Assembly: GCA_022844165.1 (NCBI GenBank)
Contig: JALHMH010000007.1
Coordinates: 64,001 to 128,000, forward strand
Direction: 5' to 3'
Source of the DNA: Lysobacterales bacterium
GTDB lineage: Bacteria > Pseudomonadota > Gammaproteobacteria > Xanthomonadales > SZUA-5
Length of the DNA stretch: 64,000 nt
This document shows positions 21,876 to 31,903 of this stretch, in pieces; position 1 is the first letter of the stretch; every line of letters begins with the position of its first letter. Under the pieces are notes generated by a model. The model was not told the origin of the DNA. It was given only the letters and a program-made list of their open reading frames with translations, and made no database searches. The translations under genes and the position numbers were made by a program.

Positions 21876-23942
21876 ATGAGCCGCACTAAAGTGGGTCACT
21901 ACGACATCGTCGCCGAACTCGGTCGCGGCGGTATGGGGGTGGTCTTCAAGGGTTACGAGGCTTCGCTCAATCGGCATGTGGCGATCAAGATGCTGAGCGA
22001 GTCGCTGGCCGGCGATACGCAGGTCGTTGAGCGCTTCTTTCGCGAAGCGCGAAGTATGGCGCAGCTCAACGATCCCCACATCGTACAAATTTACTTTGTC
22101 GGCGAGGACCAGGGCCAGCCGTACTTTGCGATGGAATTCGTCGAAGGCGAATCACTGAGCCAACGACTCAAACGCGATGTTTCGCTTCAGCCGATGGAGG
22201 CAGCGCGAATCTTGCTCCAGGTCGCGCAGGGCTTGTCCACAGCGCACGATCGTGGCGTCATCCATCGCGACATCAAACCCGCCAACCTGCTGATCACGCA
22301 GCGCGGCGTGGTAAAAGTGGCTGACTTCGGTATCGCGCTGGCTTCTCAGGATTACAACAAGAAGCTCACTGGCACTGGCCAGTTTGTCGGTACACCCGGC
22401 TATCTTTCGCCTGAGGTATGTCTTGGCAAGCCGGTTGATCAACGATCCGATATCTTCGCGCTCGGCATTGTGTTCTTCGAGATGCTGACCGGCCGTACGC
22501 CCTTCAAGGACGAGTCGCCGCTCGGCATGATGCTGGAGGTTGTGCAGGCAGAAATTCCGGATGTACGCGAAATCAATCAATCGGTCGATTCGCGGCTGTC
22601 GGACATCTTGCGGCGCATGGTCGCCAAAGATCCAGCGGATCGCTATACCAGCTGTGCTGAGCTGATCGCCGATCTTGTCGCATGCGGCGTAAACGCTGCA
22701 TCCCCGGTCACACCGGCGCGACCTGCCATGGCGCCACTCGCAGGAACGGCGGTCAACGCACCCACTCCGCCCGAAATGCGCAAATTGTCTGCGGCGTCGA
22801 TCGCACCACCGCCAGCCCCGCCGACGGCGGCCGCAGCAGGTTCGCGTCAAGCGCATGTTGGTGACGCTGTTGCGTCGGCGCCCGCCACAAGGCGATCGGC
22901 ATTACCGTGGGCAGCGGCGCTTGCCGGGCTCGCCATCGCCGGTGGTGCCGGTGCCTATTACACGAACGCGTTTTCGCTTCGCGATCGCATTGACGGTATC
23001 ACCGCCGCCGAGCCGGCCGCCGTTGTCGCGCCGACGACCGATGCCGCGCCCAGCGCAAAAGTCGCGGCGACGGCGGTTGCGACGACTTCATCGGCTGAGC
23101 CTGTGCCCGCAGCGGCGCCAGACGCGCCAGCGCCAACGTCGGCCGAGAGTGCCGTTGCGCCGACGTCTGCGGAACCCATGGCCGGCGCTATGGACACGAC
23201 GCATGTCAAAACCGCCACGATGGTCTCGCCACCTGAGCGAACATCGGCTGCGGCTACGCCTGCCGCATCGCAGCCGCCGCCAGCAGCGGTGGCGACACGA
23301 TTGGCCGAAGCCCCGGAACCGCCGCAACCAGCGGAAGTGCCCGTTGCAGAAACCAGGGATGAGAAAGCCTTTCCGCGGCTGGCGGCACGACAAGGCGAGC
23401 GACTTGCGCGTCGCGCAGAGCTGGCCGACAAGACCGCCGTGCGAATTGCGCGGTCCACGCCTGCGGAAACGCCGACACAATCGCCTGCTGCGTCTTATGC
23501 GGGTCCGCCGCGCGTCCTGGTCTTGTCATTCGGCGATCCTGCCGTTGCCGGAGCGGCGGAGCTCAGCATTGAGGAGCGGATTGGCGAGACCCAGGTCGTG
23601 CTGGTCGATGAAGATCTCGCGGGTTTGTCGGGCATTGAAGATGGCTCACTCGACGTTGCCCGGTTGGTCAACGCTGCCTCGCGCGTCGCGGATTTTGTCG
23701 TGGTCGTCAAAGCAACGCCACTCGGATCGCAGCCGCTCACGTTCTATGGCGAGGTGATGACGCAGTACACGGCGCGGATCGAACTGTCGACTTACAATGT
23801 GCGCAATCGCAGCAAGCTCGGTGGCCATCAGGCACAAGTCAGCTTCACCCATTTGAACGCCGATCCGCAAACGCGCGAAGCCGTTGCGCCTTATCTGGGA
23901 CGCATTGCAGAGGTTATCGCTGGTCGCCGCGCCCGCAGTTAG
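21876..23942 (+). CDS. Membrane Ser/Thr protein kinase with Pro/Ala-rich linkers and a C-terminal extracytoplasmic domain
   Basis: GRGGMG, HRDIKPAN, DFG, GTPGYLSPE; TM helix ALPWAAALAGLAIAGGAGAYY. Confidence 0.9.
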   Translation: MSRTKVGHYDIVAELGRGGMGVVFKGYEASLNRHVAIKMLSESLAGDTQVVERFFREARSMAQLNDPHIVQIYFVGEDQGQPYFAMEFVEGESLSQRLKRDVSLQPMEAARILLQVAQGLSTAHDRGVIHRDIKPANLLITQRGVVKVADFGIALASQDYNKKLTGTGQFVGTPGYLSPEVCLGKPVDQRSDIFALGIVFFEMLTGRTPFKDESPLGMMLEVVQAEIPDVREINQSVDSRLSDILRRMVAKDPADRYTSCAELIADLVACGVNAASPVTPARPAMAPLAGTAVNAPTPPEMRKLSAASIAPPPAPPTAAAAGSRQAHVGDAVASAPATRRSALPWAAALAGLAIAGGAGAYYTNAFSLRDRIDGITAAEPAAVVAPTTDAAPSAKVAATAVATTSSAEPVPAAAPDAPAPTSAESAVAPTSAEPMAGAMDTTHVKTATMVSPPERTSAAATPAASQPPPAAVATRLAEAPEPPQPAEVPVAETRDEKAFPRLAARQGERLARRAELADKTAVRIARSTPAETPTQSPAASYAGPPRVLVLSFGDPAVAGAAELSIEERIGETQVVLVDEDLAGLSGIEDGSLDVARLVNAASRVADFVVVVKATPLGSQPLTFYGEVMTQYTARIELSTYNVRNRSKLGGHQAQVSFTHLNADPQTREAVAPYLGRIAEVIAGRRARS

Positions 23943-23948
23943 CCGCGC

Positions 23949-24587
23949 TCAGAACCTGTAAGCCACTGCGCGCATAAGGTCTGCCGCCCACTGCATCAGG
24001 CGCGGCAGAGGTTGCGGCAACGACATTGCGCCGTGCTCGACCGCATTCTCGCGGTGGCGAGCCTCATCGCATTGCATGGTCTCGAGAACCGCGCGGGTGG
24101 CCTGATCGTTGTCTGGCAGCCGCCTCAGGTGTTCGCCCAGGTGGCTCTCCACCTGGCGCTCGGTCTCGACGACGAAGCCAAGACTCAACCGATCACCAAG
24201 AGTGCCCGCCAGCGCGCCAATCGCGAATGCCCCGCCGTACCAAAGGGGGCTCGCGATGCTGGCACGAGCACCCAGCTCAGTGAGTCGCATCTCACACCAT
24301 GCGAGGTGGTCGGCCTCCTCAGCGGCTGCGCTCAACAGATGCTTGCGCAAATCCGGATCGCGGGCGACGCTCGCCTGACCAAAATACAGTCCTTGCGCGG
24401 CGACCTCGCCAGCATGATTGATGCGCATCAGGCCGGCAACATGCCGGCGCTCCTCGTCGCTGAGCGCGGCCTGTTCGTGGTTCGAAGCGGGCGAGGCGCG
24501 CCCAGGAGAGTCTGCTGGGGCGTGCGTAATGCGTAACGCGCGATCGGCTTCAGCCAACAACCGGTCGGTCAGCGAAAACTGGCGCAT
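23949..24587 (-). CDS. coq7: Demethoxyubiquinone hydroxylase Coq7 (di-iron)
   Basis: MRINHAGEVAAQGLY, EEADHLAWC, ETERQVESHL, DEARH; located near rplM. Confidence 0.92.
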   Translation of the reverse strand: MRQFSLTDRLLAEADRALRITHAPADSPGRASPASNHEQAALSDEERRHVAGLMRINHAGEVAAQGLYFGQASVARDPDLRKHLLSAAAEEADHLAWCEMRLTELGARASIASPLWYGGAFAIGALAGTLGDRLSLGFVVETERQVESHLGEHLRRLPDNDQATRAVLETMQCDEARHRENAVEHGAMSLPQPLPRLMQWAADLMRAVAYRF

Positions 24588-25648
24588 CAGTGCATTGCCT
24601 CCAAAAAAAGTTCCGCTGGATGGCGGACTGCAACATCGAGTTTTGCCGCAAGAAGACGTTCGCGCAAGTGCTGTGCGCAACCGACGTTCGTCGTCACCAG
24701 AGTGCTGACAGCCAATTGCCTCAGCTCATCGATGATCGGCGCCGCGAGTCGATCGGCCAACGCCGTATGGGATAACACATTCGGCCCGGCAGCGCCGCAA
24801 CAGCCAAGACCTCGCAGCGGCGAAATCGTCATACCCATGGCCCCCAGCAGCGTCGGCGCCGCACTTGCCGCATGCGAGCACGGCGTCCACAACGCGACGT
24901 GCAACGGTACTGCATGAATTCGTAATCGCCAACGCGCTGTGTCTTTCATCATCCATGCGCACCATTCATCGACCTGATGCCCGGCGCTGCGCAAGCTCTG
25001 GATGCAGCCACTGTCCAGGGCGATCAGGCGTTGCGGCTGGGTCTGCGCAGGTGGATCAAAACCCAGGTGACGATCAAGCGCACCGCAGCATGGCAAGAGC
25101 GCAGCTGTGATCGGCGCGCCGAGGCGCTCTGCGATGCTAAGTACTGCGCGCTGCGCCGACGCCTCCAGCGTGCGCGCAAGGCAGCCAACATAAAGTTGCG
25201 TCTTCTCGGGCCCGCCGGGCACCACCGGCACCGGCGGTCCAACACGCTCCAGCCATCGCCCTTCGCGCGCCGGCACACAACCGCGCACACTCGCGGCAGC
25301 TTGAAGCGCGCGCGACAGGCCACCCGGCGCCCGCACCATTCGGCGCAACAAGCGAAGCCGCCAGGGCAAGCGGGATCTGGGCAAGCGCCGCGCCGTTCGT
25401 TCAATGATCTCGCCGTACTCGACGCCGGCCGGACAGACCGTCTCGCAGCGGCGGCACTGCAGGCAGCTGTCGAGCGACTCGATCGTGCTGTCATCGACCG
25501 GTACGCCGATTTCGATCCGCTTCGCCAACGCGATTCGTCCACGCGGCGACTGCGTTTCCAGTCCGGAGACTGCAAACGTCGGACAATGCGGCAAACACAA
25601 ACCACACATGACACAGCGGTCGGCGAGCGCTGCAAGACTTTCGCTCAT
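24587..25648 (-). CDS. Fe-S oxidoreductase, GlcF-like (2x 4Fe-4S plus CCG domains)
   Basis: CVMCGLCLPHCPT, CLQCRRCETVCP, CCGA motifs; start 25648 or 25678. Confidence 0.85.
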   Translation of the reverse strand: MSESLAALADRCVMCGLCLPHCPTFAVSGLETQSPRGRIALAKRIEIGVPVDDSTIESLDSCLQCRRCETVCPAGVEYGEIIERTARRLPRSRLPWRLRLLRRMVRAPGGLSRALQAAASVRGCVPAREGRWLERVGPPVPVVPGGPEKTQLYVGCLARTLEASAQRAVLSIAERLGAPITAALLPCCGALDRHLGFDPPAQTQPQRLIALDSGCIQSLRSAGHQVDEWCAWMMKDTARWRLRIHAVPLHVALWTPCSHAASAAPTLLGAMGMTISPLRGLGCCGAAGPNVLSHTALADRLAAPIIDELRQLAVSTLVTTNVGCAQHLRERLLAAKLDVAVRHPAELFLEAMH

Positions 25649-25953
25649 CCTGATCGCCGCTCGCCTTGCCGGCTCCATGCACCTCCGGAATGGCCTTTCA
25701 AAGCCAAAATGAATTCAACGCGACAGAACCGCAGTGTCTCATTGTCGACCGCTGGTTGCCGCTCATCTTGGAAGCCGAACGCGCTGGATCTCTCAGGCGC
25801 CCACTGCAAGTGCTTGCCGCCGCTGACATCCCACGGCAGTCGATTGAACAACAATGGCATGTGCGAGCACAGGATTGAGCGGGAACGGTAGTCTACGGGT
25901 CAGAACGGCAAGCGTTTTGTGAACCGCAACTGCCGGCTTGCAGCAATTTAGAC

Positions 25954-25983
25954 TTGCAGACTAGCCTTCAGACCCTCTACACT
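25954..25983 (+). promoter_or_regulatory. Candidate sigma70 promoter of rplM-rpsI
   Basis: TTGCAG-N18-TACACT ending 40 nt before the rplM start. Confidence 0.4.
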
Positions 25984-26023
25984 CTCCGGCTCTTTGAAAG
26001 TCTAGGTCCATGGAGTGGTCCAC

Positions 26024-26452
26024 ATGAAAACGGTCAGCGCTAAGCCGGAAACCGTAAAACGCGATTGGTTCCTGGTCGATGCCTCGGGCAAGACGCTCGG
26101 CCGCCTGTGCACGGAACTCGCGCGTCGTTTGCGCGGAAAGCACAAAGCGATCTACACGCCGCACATCGATACGGGCGATTTCCTCGTCGTCGTGAATGCC
26201 GAAAAAATTGCCGTCACCGGCAACAAGCTCAACGACAAGCTCTATCACCGCACCACAGGTTACATTGGTAATCTGAAGACGGTCTCGTTGAAGAACATGT
26301 TGGCTGACCATCCCGAACGTGCGATCGAAATCGCCGTCAAGGGCATGTTGCCGAAGGGCCCGCTGGGCCGCGATATGTATCGTAAGCTCAGAGTTTACAA
26401 AGGCTCCGAGCATCCGCACGCCGCGCAGCAGCCGGCCGTACTCGACATCTGA
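26024..26452 (+). CDS. rplM: 50S ribosomal protein L13
   Basis: [40 protein letters not shown]. Confidence 0.98.
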   Translation: MKTVSAKPETVKRDWFLVDASGKTLGRLCTELARRLRGKHKAIYTPHIDTGDFLVVVNAEKIAVTGNKLNDKLYHRTTGYIGNLKTVSLKNMLADHPERAIEIAVKGMLPKGPLGRDMYRKLRVYKGSEHPHAAQQPAVLDI

Positions 26453-26466
26453 TTTAGGACGCACCC

Positions 26467-26859
26467 ATGGCTTCGACGCAACATTACGGCACCGGCCGCC
26501 GCAAATCTTCCGCCGCGCGCGTGTTTCTGCGCCCAGGCAAAGGCCAGATCACAGTGAACGAGAAGTCGCTTGACCAGTTTTTTGGTCGTGAGACGGCACG
26601 AATGGTGGTGCGTCAGCCCCTGGAGCTGACCAATCTCGCCGAGCGATTCGACATCCTGGTGACCGTTGCTGGCGGCGGCATGACCGGTCAGGCTGGCGCC
26701 ATTCGCTTAGGCATCTCCCGGGCGCTCGTCGAATACGATGAGAATCTGAAAAGCGATCTGCGCAAAGCTGGCTTCCTGACGCGTGACGCCCGCGAAGTTG
26801 AGCGCAAGAAAGTCGGTTTGCACAAAGCCCGTCGCGCGACCCAATACAGCAAGCGCTAA
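26467..26859 (+). CDS. rpsI: 30S ribosomal protein S9
   Basis: [42 protein letters not shown]. Confidence 0.98.
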   Translation: MASTQHYGTGRRKSSAARVFLRPGKGQITVNEKSLDQFFGRETARMVVRQPLELTNLAERFDILVTVAGGGMTGQAGAIRLGISRALVEYDENLKSDLRKAGFLTRDAREVERKKVGLHKARRATQYSKR

Positions 26860-26910
26860 TCGCACTTGCCCGATCCACCCGTGTCGCCCGCGGGTGCATC
26901 GCAGCGACAT

Positions 26911-26984
26911 TGGGGGATCGTTCAACGGTAGGACAACGGACTCTGACTCCGTTTATCTAGGTTCGAATCCTAGTCCCCCAGCCA
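26911..26984 (+). tRNA. tRNA-Gln (anticodon CTG)
   Basis: Cloverleaf: acceptor TGGGGGA/TCCCCCA, D arm GTTC/GGAC, anticodon arm ACGGA-CTCTGAC-TCCGT, T arm CTAGG-TTCGAAT-CCTAG, encoded CCA. Confidence 0.97.
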
Positions 26985-27607
26985 AAAACATGGCCGCCGC
27001 AAGGCGGCCATCTTTTTTGGCTGGGGGACTGGGTGAGAACCTATGAGGTTCGACTCGGAGCGCAGGATGCGCGGAGAGCGCGAGCGAAGCGAGGCCAAAG
27101 GCCGCGGGCCATGGATGGCCCGCGCAATCCTGGTCCGCCAGCCAAAAACATGGCCGCCGCAAGGCGGCCATCTTTTTTGGCTGGGGGACTGGGTGAGAAC
27201 CTATCAGGTTCGACTCGGAGTGCGGGATGCGCGGAGAGCGCGAGCGAAGGCGAGGCCAAAGGCCGCGGGCCATGGATGGCCCGCGCAATCCTAGTCCCCC
27301 AGCCAAAAACATGGCCGCCGCAAGGCGGCCATCTTTTTTGGCTGGGGGACTGGGTGAGAACCTATCAGGTTCGACTCGGAGCGCAGGATGCGCGGAGAGC
27401 GCGAGCGAAGGCGAGGCCAAAGGCCGCGGGCCATGGATGGCCCGCGCAATCCTGGTCCCCCGGCCAAAACATGCCGCCGCAAGGCGGCCATGGATGGCCC
27501 GCGCAATCCTGGTCCCCCAGCCAAAAACATGGCCGCCGCAAGGCGGCCATCGACGGCACAGCGCGCGCCCTGATGCGCTGCCTCGCCCCAGCCAAAAACA
27601 TGGCCGC
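26966..27607 (+). repeat. tRNA-linked tandem repeat array: 3 full ~160-bp units plus 3 truncated units, each starting with the tRNA-Gln 3' end
   Basis: Units start at 26966, 27126, 27287, 27448, 27505 with AATCCT(A/G)GTCCCCCAGCCA-like sequence; partial copy at ~27586-27607. Confidence 0.95.
26990..27018 (+). terminator. Intrinsic terminator, probably bidirectional, after tRNA-Gln
   Basis: ATGGCCGCC-GCAA-GGCGGCCAT followed by CTTTTTT and preceded by AAAAA; repeated in each array unit. Confidence 0.8.
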
Positions 27608-27613
27608 AACTGA

Positions 27614-30600
27614 TCAGGGTTCCGTTCGTCGCCGCGGATCCAGGCCCTCTGCATCGATCACGCGATTCTCGCGAAGCAGGTCGTAGATCAGATCGGTGAG
27701 TGCGGCCATGGCCTGTCTATCGGATTTGAGCATTAGTGTCGCCAGCTTTTGGTGTGATGTCAGCGCGCGCACCACGCCCTGTTGCACGGCGCCGGGCAGG
27801 TTGCCCCTGAGCGCCTGGTCTCGTGAGTTGTTCTCCACTTGAGCGACCACCACATCGTTCTCCTTGGCGATCGCCGCGATGTGGTTGACGAACATCGCCT
27901 GATCTCGTAACGGCGTAGCCTCTCCGAATAGCCGGTTAAGGCGGTTGATGATCTCCATCAGGTAGTCAGGCTGGTCATCCCGTACCTCGCCCCCTGGGCC
28001 GATTGGCTTCAATTTGGGTGGCTCAGTGCCGGACTTCTTGGCCGGTTCAGTCGACTTGATCTCGAAGCCCGTCAGTAAAATTCCATCCAGGTCGACATTG
28101 TCCGGCGTCACGCCCCTCAGCCGCTTGGTCAATAGGCGCGCGAAGGCAGTGAAGTTCTCCAGCTCCGGGTCACCAAAGTCGATAATCTGCGCAATGTACG
28201 CGTAACTTCGGCAGAAGCGCCCCAATCCGCTCTTGAACCCAAGCAGCGCGCTCAGCTGTTCGCTGTAAGCCTTACGTTGATGATCGGCCGACTTGGACGC
28301 CGCTTCATCCCCGCGCTGGCGGGCAGCCTCGTAGCTCGCCTCCCATTCGGCAACGGTGTCTGACAAAGCCTTGACCCGCTCGTTGAACTGGCGCGTGGTC
28401 CGCTCGGTCGCCGCGTACAGCGCCTTGTGCCGTGCATCTTCCTTCTTGGTCACGTCGCCGACGGTCTGAAAGCGCGCCTGCTTGAACCGTTCCAGATCCA
28501 CTGACGCATAAAGGTCGTGCGCGTCAAGTTGTTCCTTGATCTGGTAGACCACGTTCGGATCCTGCACATCCTCGATTGCGGCACCGTCATCGTATTTCGC
28601 GAACGCGCGGCGAACGCTGACCGGATCGTTGATGAAGTCCACTACGAAGGTGTCGTCTTTGCCCGGCGCCGTGCGGTTCAGGCGCGACAGGGTCTGCACA
28701 ATCTCGACGTCGTTGGCGATCTTTTTGTCCAGGTACATGGCGACCAGCTTGGGCTGATCGAAGCCGGTCTGAAACTTGTCGGCGACCAGCATCACCCGGT
28801 ACTCCGGTCGCTCGAAGGTGGCCGCCAGGTCATGACTGTCGGCACCCGGATTCATGCTGGCCTCGGTGAACTCTGCCTTGTCGTCAACCACGAAGGTGTC
28901 GCCAGCGATGCGCTGATCGGCGGCGTGCGTGATCTGCTTGCCGGTCAGCTTGCCGGAAAAGGCCACCAGTGAGCGGATGCCGGCGTATTGCGGATGGCGC
29001 TCGATGTAGCGATCGAAACCGATCTTGTAGCGCACCGCGGCCGCGCGTGAACTGGTTATCACCATCGCCTTGGCCTTGCCGTCCAGGCGATTGCTGACGT
29101 TGCGGCTGAAGTGCTCGATGATGAATTGCACCTTCTGGGTGACATTGGTCGGGTGCAAGCTCATCCACTGCGCCAGCGCCCGCTTGGCTTGTCGTCCGCT
29201 GACGCGCTTGGCGTCCTCGACCTGCTTCGCCAGATTGAAAGCCGTCTGGTACGGCGTGTAGCCGCGCAGCACGTCCAGGATGAAACCCTCATCGATCGCC
29301 TGCCGCATCGGGTACTTGTGGAAAGCAACCGGTGGGTGTTCCTTGCTGCGTTTGTGGCCGTCCACAGGGCGCCCGAACAGCATGTACGTCGAGTGCTTGG
29401 GCGTCGCGGTGAAGGCAAAGTGGCTTAGATTCTTCGGTCGTAGTCGCGATTGCTGCAGCTTTTCCAGCAGTTCCTCGATGGTCAGTCCGGCGATTCCCCC
29501 TTCGCCGCCCAACGCCAGCGCGGCTTGCAGCTTGGTGGCGCTGGTGCCCGTCTGCGAAGCATGCGCTTCGTCGATGATCACCGCGAAATTGCGGTTCTTC
29601 AGGCCGTGCTCGGTGACGATGGCCTCCATCGCATACGGGAAGGTCTGGATGGTGACCACGATGATCGGCGTGCCCGCCAGCAAAGCCTCAGCCAGTTGCT
29701 TGCTCTTGGATTGAGAGGACTTCTGGCGGTCAATCGCCGCGATCACGCCGAAGCGGTGGTCGATCTGTTTGACTGCGTCCTGCAACTGGCCGTCGAGTAC
29801 CGTGCGGTCGGTCACGATGACTACGCTGTTAAAGATGGCCTCGCCATCGTCGCGGCGCAGCTTGATCAGATCGTGCGCAGTCCAGGCGATGGTGCTGGTC
29901 TTGCCGGAGCCGGCGCTGTGTTCGCACAGGTACTGCATGCCGGGGCCGTTGGCCTTGGCATCGGCTACCATCGCGTTCACGGCCGACCATTGGTGGAATC
30001 GCGGGAAGATCAGCGTCTCGCGACGGGACCAGTTGCCTTTCAGGTCCACCACGTCCTTCTTCTCGGTGTAGACAAAGCTGTGAAAGATGCGCAGCCAGGC
30101 GTCGCGCTGGCAGATGTCTTCCCAGAAGTAGGCCACCGGGTACTCGCCATCCTCGCGCGGCGGATTGCCGGCCCGACCCTTGTGGCCACGGTTGAAGGGT
30201 AGGAACAAGGTGTTGTCGCCATCCAGCTTGGTGGTCATCCGGATATCGGAGTCCGACATCGCAAAGTGGACACGGCGCCGCGCTTGAAGGTCAGCAGGGG
30301 CTCGCGCCGACGCGTCTTGGCATCGACTGGCAGTCGGTCGGACTTATACTGGGCCATCGCCGCATCGGCGGACCGTGTGAAATCGGTCTTGAGCTCGACC
30401 GTGGCCACCGGAATGCCGTTGATGAAAAACACCAGGTCGATGGCCAGCGTGCGCGACGGGTGGTACTGCAATTGCGGCACCACGCGCAGCCGGTTCGCCG
30501 CGTAGCTCTCTTTGACCTTGGCGTTGCGCTGGTCTTCGGGCACAGCCTCAGACATCTCGATATGTCCGCAACCCGCCAGCGAGAATCCGCGCCGCAGCAG

Positions 30601-30864
30601 GTGGATGGTGCCGTCCTTGTCCAGTGCCTGTGCCAGTCGCTCCAGCAGCGTCTCGCGCGCAAGCGCCGGGTCGCCATGGTTCGCCTTCAGCAGGCGCTGC
30701 CAGCGCTCCTTCTGACTGTCCTGCAGCCAGCCCAGCACATCCTCGGGGTAAAGCGCGCGCTCGGTGTCGTAGTCCTGCGTGGTACCCACCAGCCAGCCCT
30801 GATCGCGCAGGCGCGCCAGCACATAGGCTTCGAAGTGCCTTTCCCGGTGATCTCGGTCATTCAT
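27614..30864 (-). pseudogene. hsdR: Type I restriction endonuclease subunit R, split by a 1-nt frameshift near 30271 (ORFs 30235..30864 and 27614..30259)
   Basis: N part has DLVFFINGIPVATVELK; C part has HSAGSGKT, DEAH, FTATPK, KFQTGFDQP, QTLSRLNR; adding one G gives KRGAVVHFAMSDSDI. Confidence 0.88.
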
Positions 30865-30998
30865 TGGGGTGCCTCGTTGGACCTGTCATCTGCGTGACGC
30901 GCCACAAAGAATCGCTCATACCACTCGCCAAGGCGCTTACCGGCCTGGCGGATCAATCCCGCGAGTGCGGCGTCGTCTACGGCGCAGAAGGTGTTCAC
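30861..30998 (-). CDS. 45-aa mini-ORF coupled to both neighbours, probable gene remnant
   Basis: GTG overlaps the GIY-YIG stop (GTGA) and its TGA overlaps the hsdR ATG (ATGA): MNTFCAVDDAALAGLIRQAGKRLGEWYERFFVARHADDRSNEAPQ. Confidence 0.55.
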   Translation of the reverse strand: MNTFCAVDDAALAGLIRQAGKRLGEWYERFFVARHADDRSNEAPQ

Positions 30999-31903
30999 AA
31001 TGCGTCTCCCGCTGCCTTCGCGAGTTGGTCAGCTTCCCAGTCCTTGTAGGTCTTCGGGGAATTCTTCAGTCGCCAGTCCAACGTCCCGTTGGCCGGGCGA
31101 CCCTTCACCGCTGCGGCGGCTGCGCTCGGGCTCTTGAATGCATAGTTGGTGGTGAACACGCAGTGCGTCGTTCGTGGTTCCAGAACTCCCATGCGGAGCA
31201 GTTCGGCATGCGGTTTGGCGTAAGCGTGGTCAGCAGGCCCGGTCCACGCAAGGCGCGCTTGCGAGCCGGCCTGCACGATGAACTCGCCACCCTCAAGAAT
31301 GGCCGCAGCGGCGATTCCGTACTTGCGATCGCTCAGCTCGAACTCGGGACTGCCGCTGGCCGCCGACACGTGAAGTGCTGGCGTGTTGGGTCGCTTGTTG
31401 CTGATGAAGAGATCAATCCGAAGCGCAGGAAGCACCATCAGCACGTTTTCGAGAAAGGCCTCCATGTTGGCCTGCGCAGCTTCGCTTAAGCCAGGGCGCG
31501 CAGGCGTGTTGCCGTTCTCCAGCGGCACGCGCCCCACGGCGCGCGCCTCCTCGACCAGACGTGCTTCCAGGTAGCGCACATGCGCCTTGTTGAGGACGTT
31601 CGCGGCCGAAGTGACCAGTACCGCGGCAGTCCACCAGTCCTTCTGCCCGTCGTGGTTGCGCATGCGGGCACTGATGTCCTCGGCCTCGCCGATGTAGGCG
31701 AGAGGAAGACCGTCGCGCTCACCGATCAGCAGATAGACGCCGGTGTAGCGCGCCTCCTTCCGAGCCAGCGCGTCGCTGATCTGCGTGCGCGGCACCATGA
31801 GCAGGTGACCGGTCCAATTGAAGACCTCGGCGGTCAGCATGCCATCCGGGCGACCGTCGATGAAATACAGCTCCAGCGAGCGACCTTTGGTCTGATGGCT
31901 CAT
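30995..31903 (-). CDS. GIY-YIG nuclease family protein with C-terminal DUF4357/RAMA-like domain
   Basis: GVYLLIG...AYIGEAE, LNKAHVRYLE, C-terminal FKSPSAAAAAVKGRPANGTLDW. Confidence 0.85.
   Translation of the reverse strand: MSHQTKGRSLELYFIDGRPDGMLTAEVFNWTGHLLMVPRTQISDALARKEARYTGVYLLIGERDGLPLAYIGEAEDISARMRNHDGQKDWWTAAVLVTSAANVLNKAHVRYLEARLVEEARAVGRVPLENGNTPARPGLSEAAQANMEAFLENVLMVLPALRIDLFISNKRPNTPALHVSAASGSPEFELSDRKYGIAAAAILEGGEFIVQAGSQARLAWTGPADHAYAKPHAELLRMGVLEPRTTHCVFTTNYAFKSPSAAAAAVKGRPANGTLDWRLKNSPKTYKDWEADQLAKAAGDAL

Noticed and set aside
25769-25800. Glycine riboswitch-like GCCGAA...CTCTCAGG
   Set aside because: Lacks GGAGA and the P1/P2 stems, and faces away from the Fe-S gene
25645-25860. 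71-aa ORF with ATGA overlap to the Fe-S gene
   Set aside because: No recognisable motif or RBS; a single overlap is weak evidence
27126-27530. Additional tRNA genes in the array
   Set aside because: Only the last ~19 nt are repeated; no D arm or anticodon arm
26966-27607. Array as a CRISPR locus
   Set aside because: The sequence between repeats is near-identical from unit to unit (no unique spacers), the period is 160 bp, and there are no cas genes
26953-27686. ORFs of 233 aa (-) and 217 aa (+) over the array
   Set aside because: Repetitive translations of structured non-coding repeats, overlapping the tRNA
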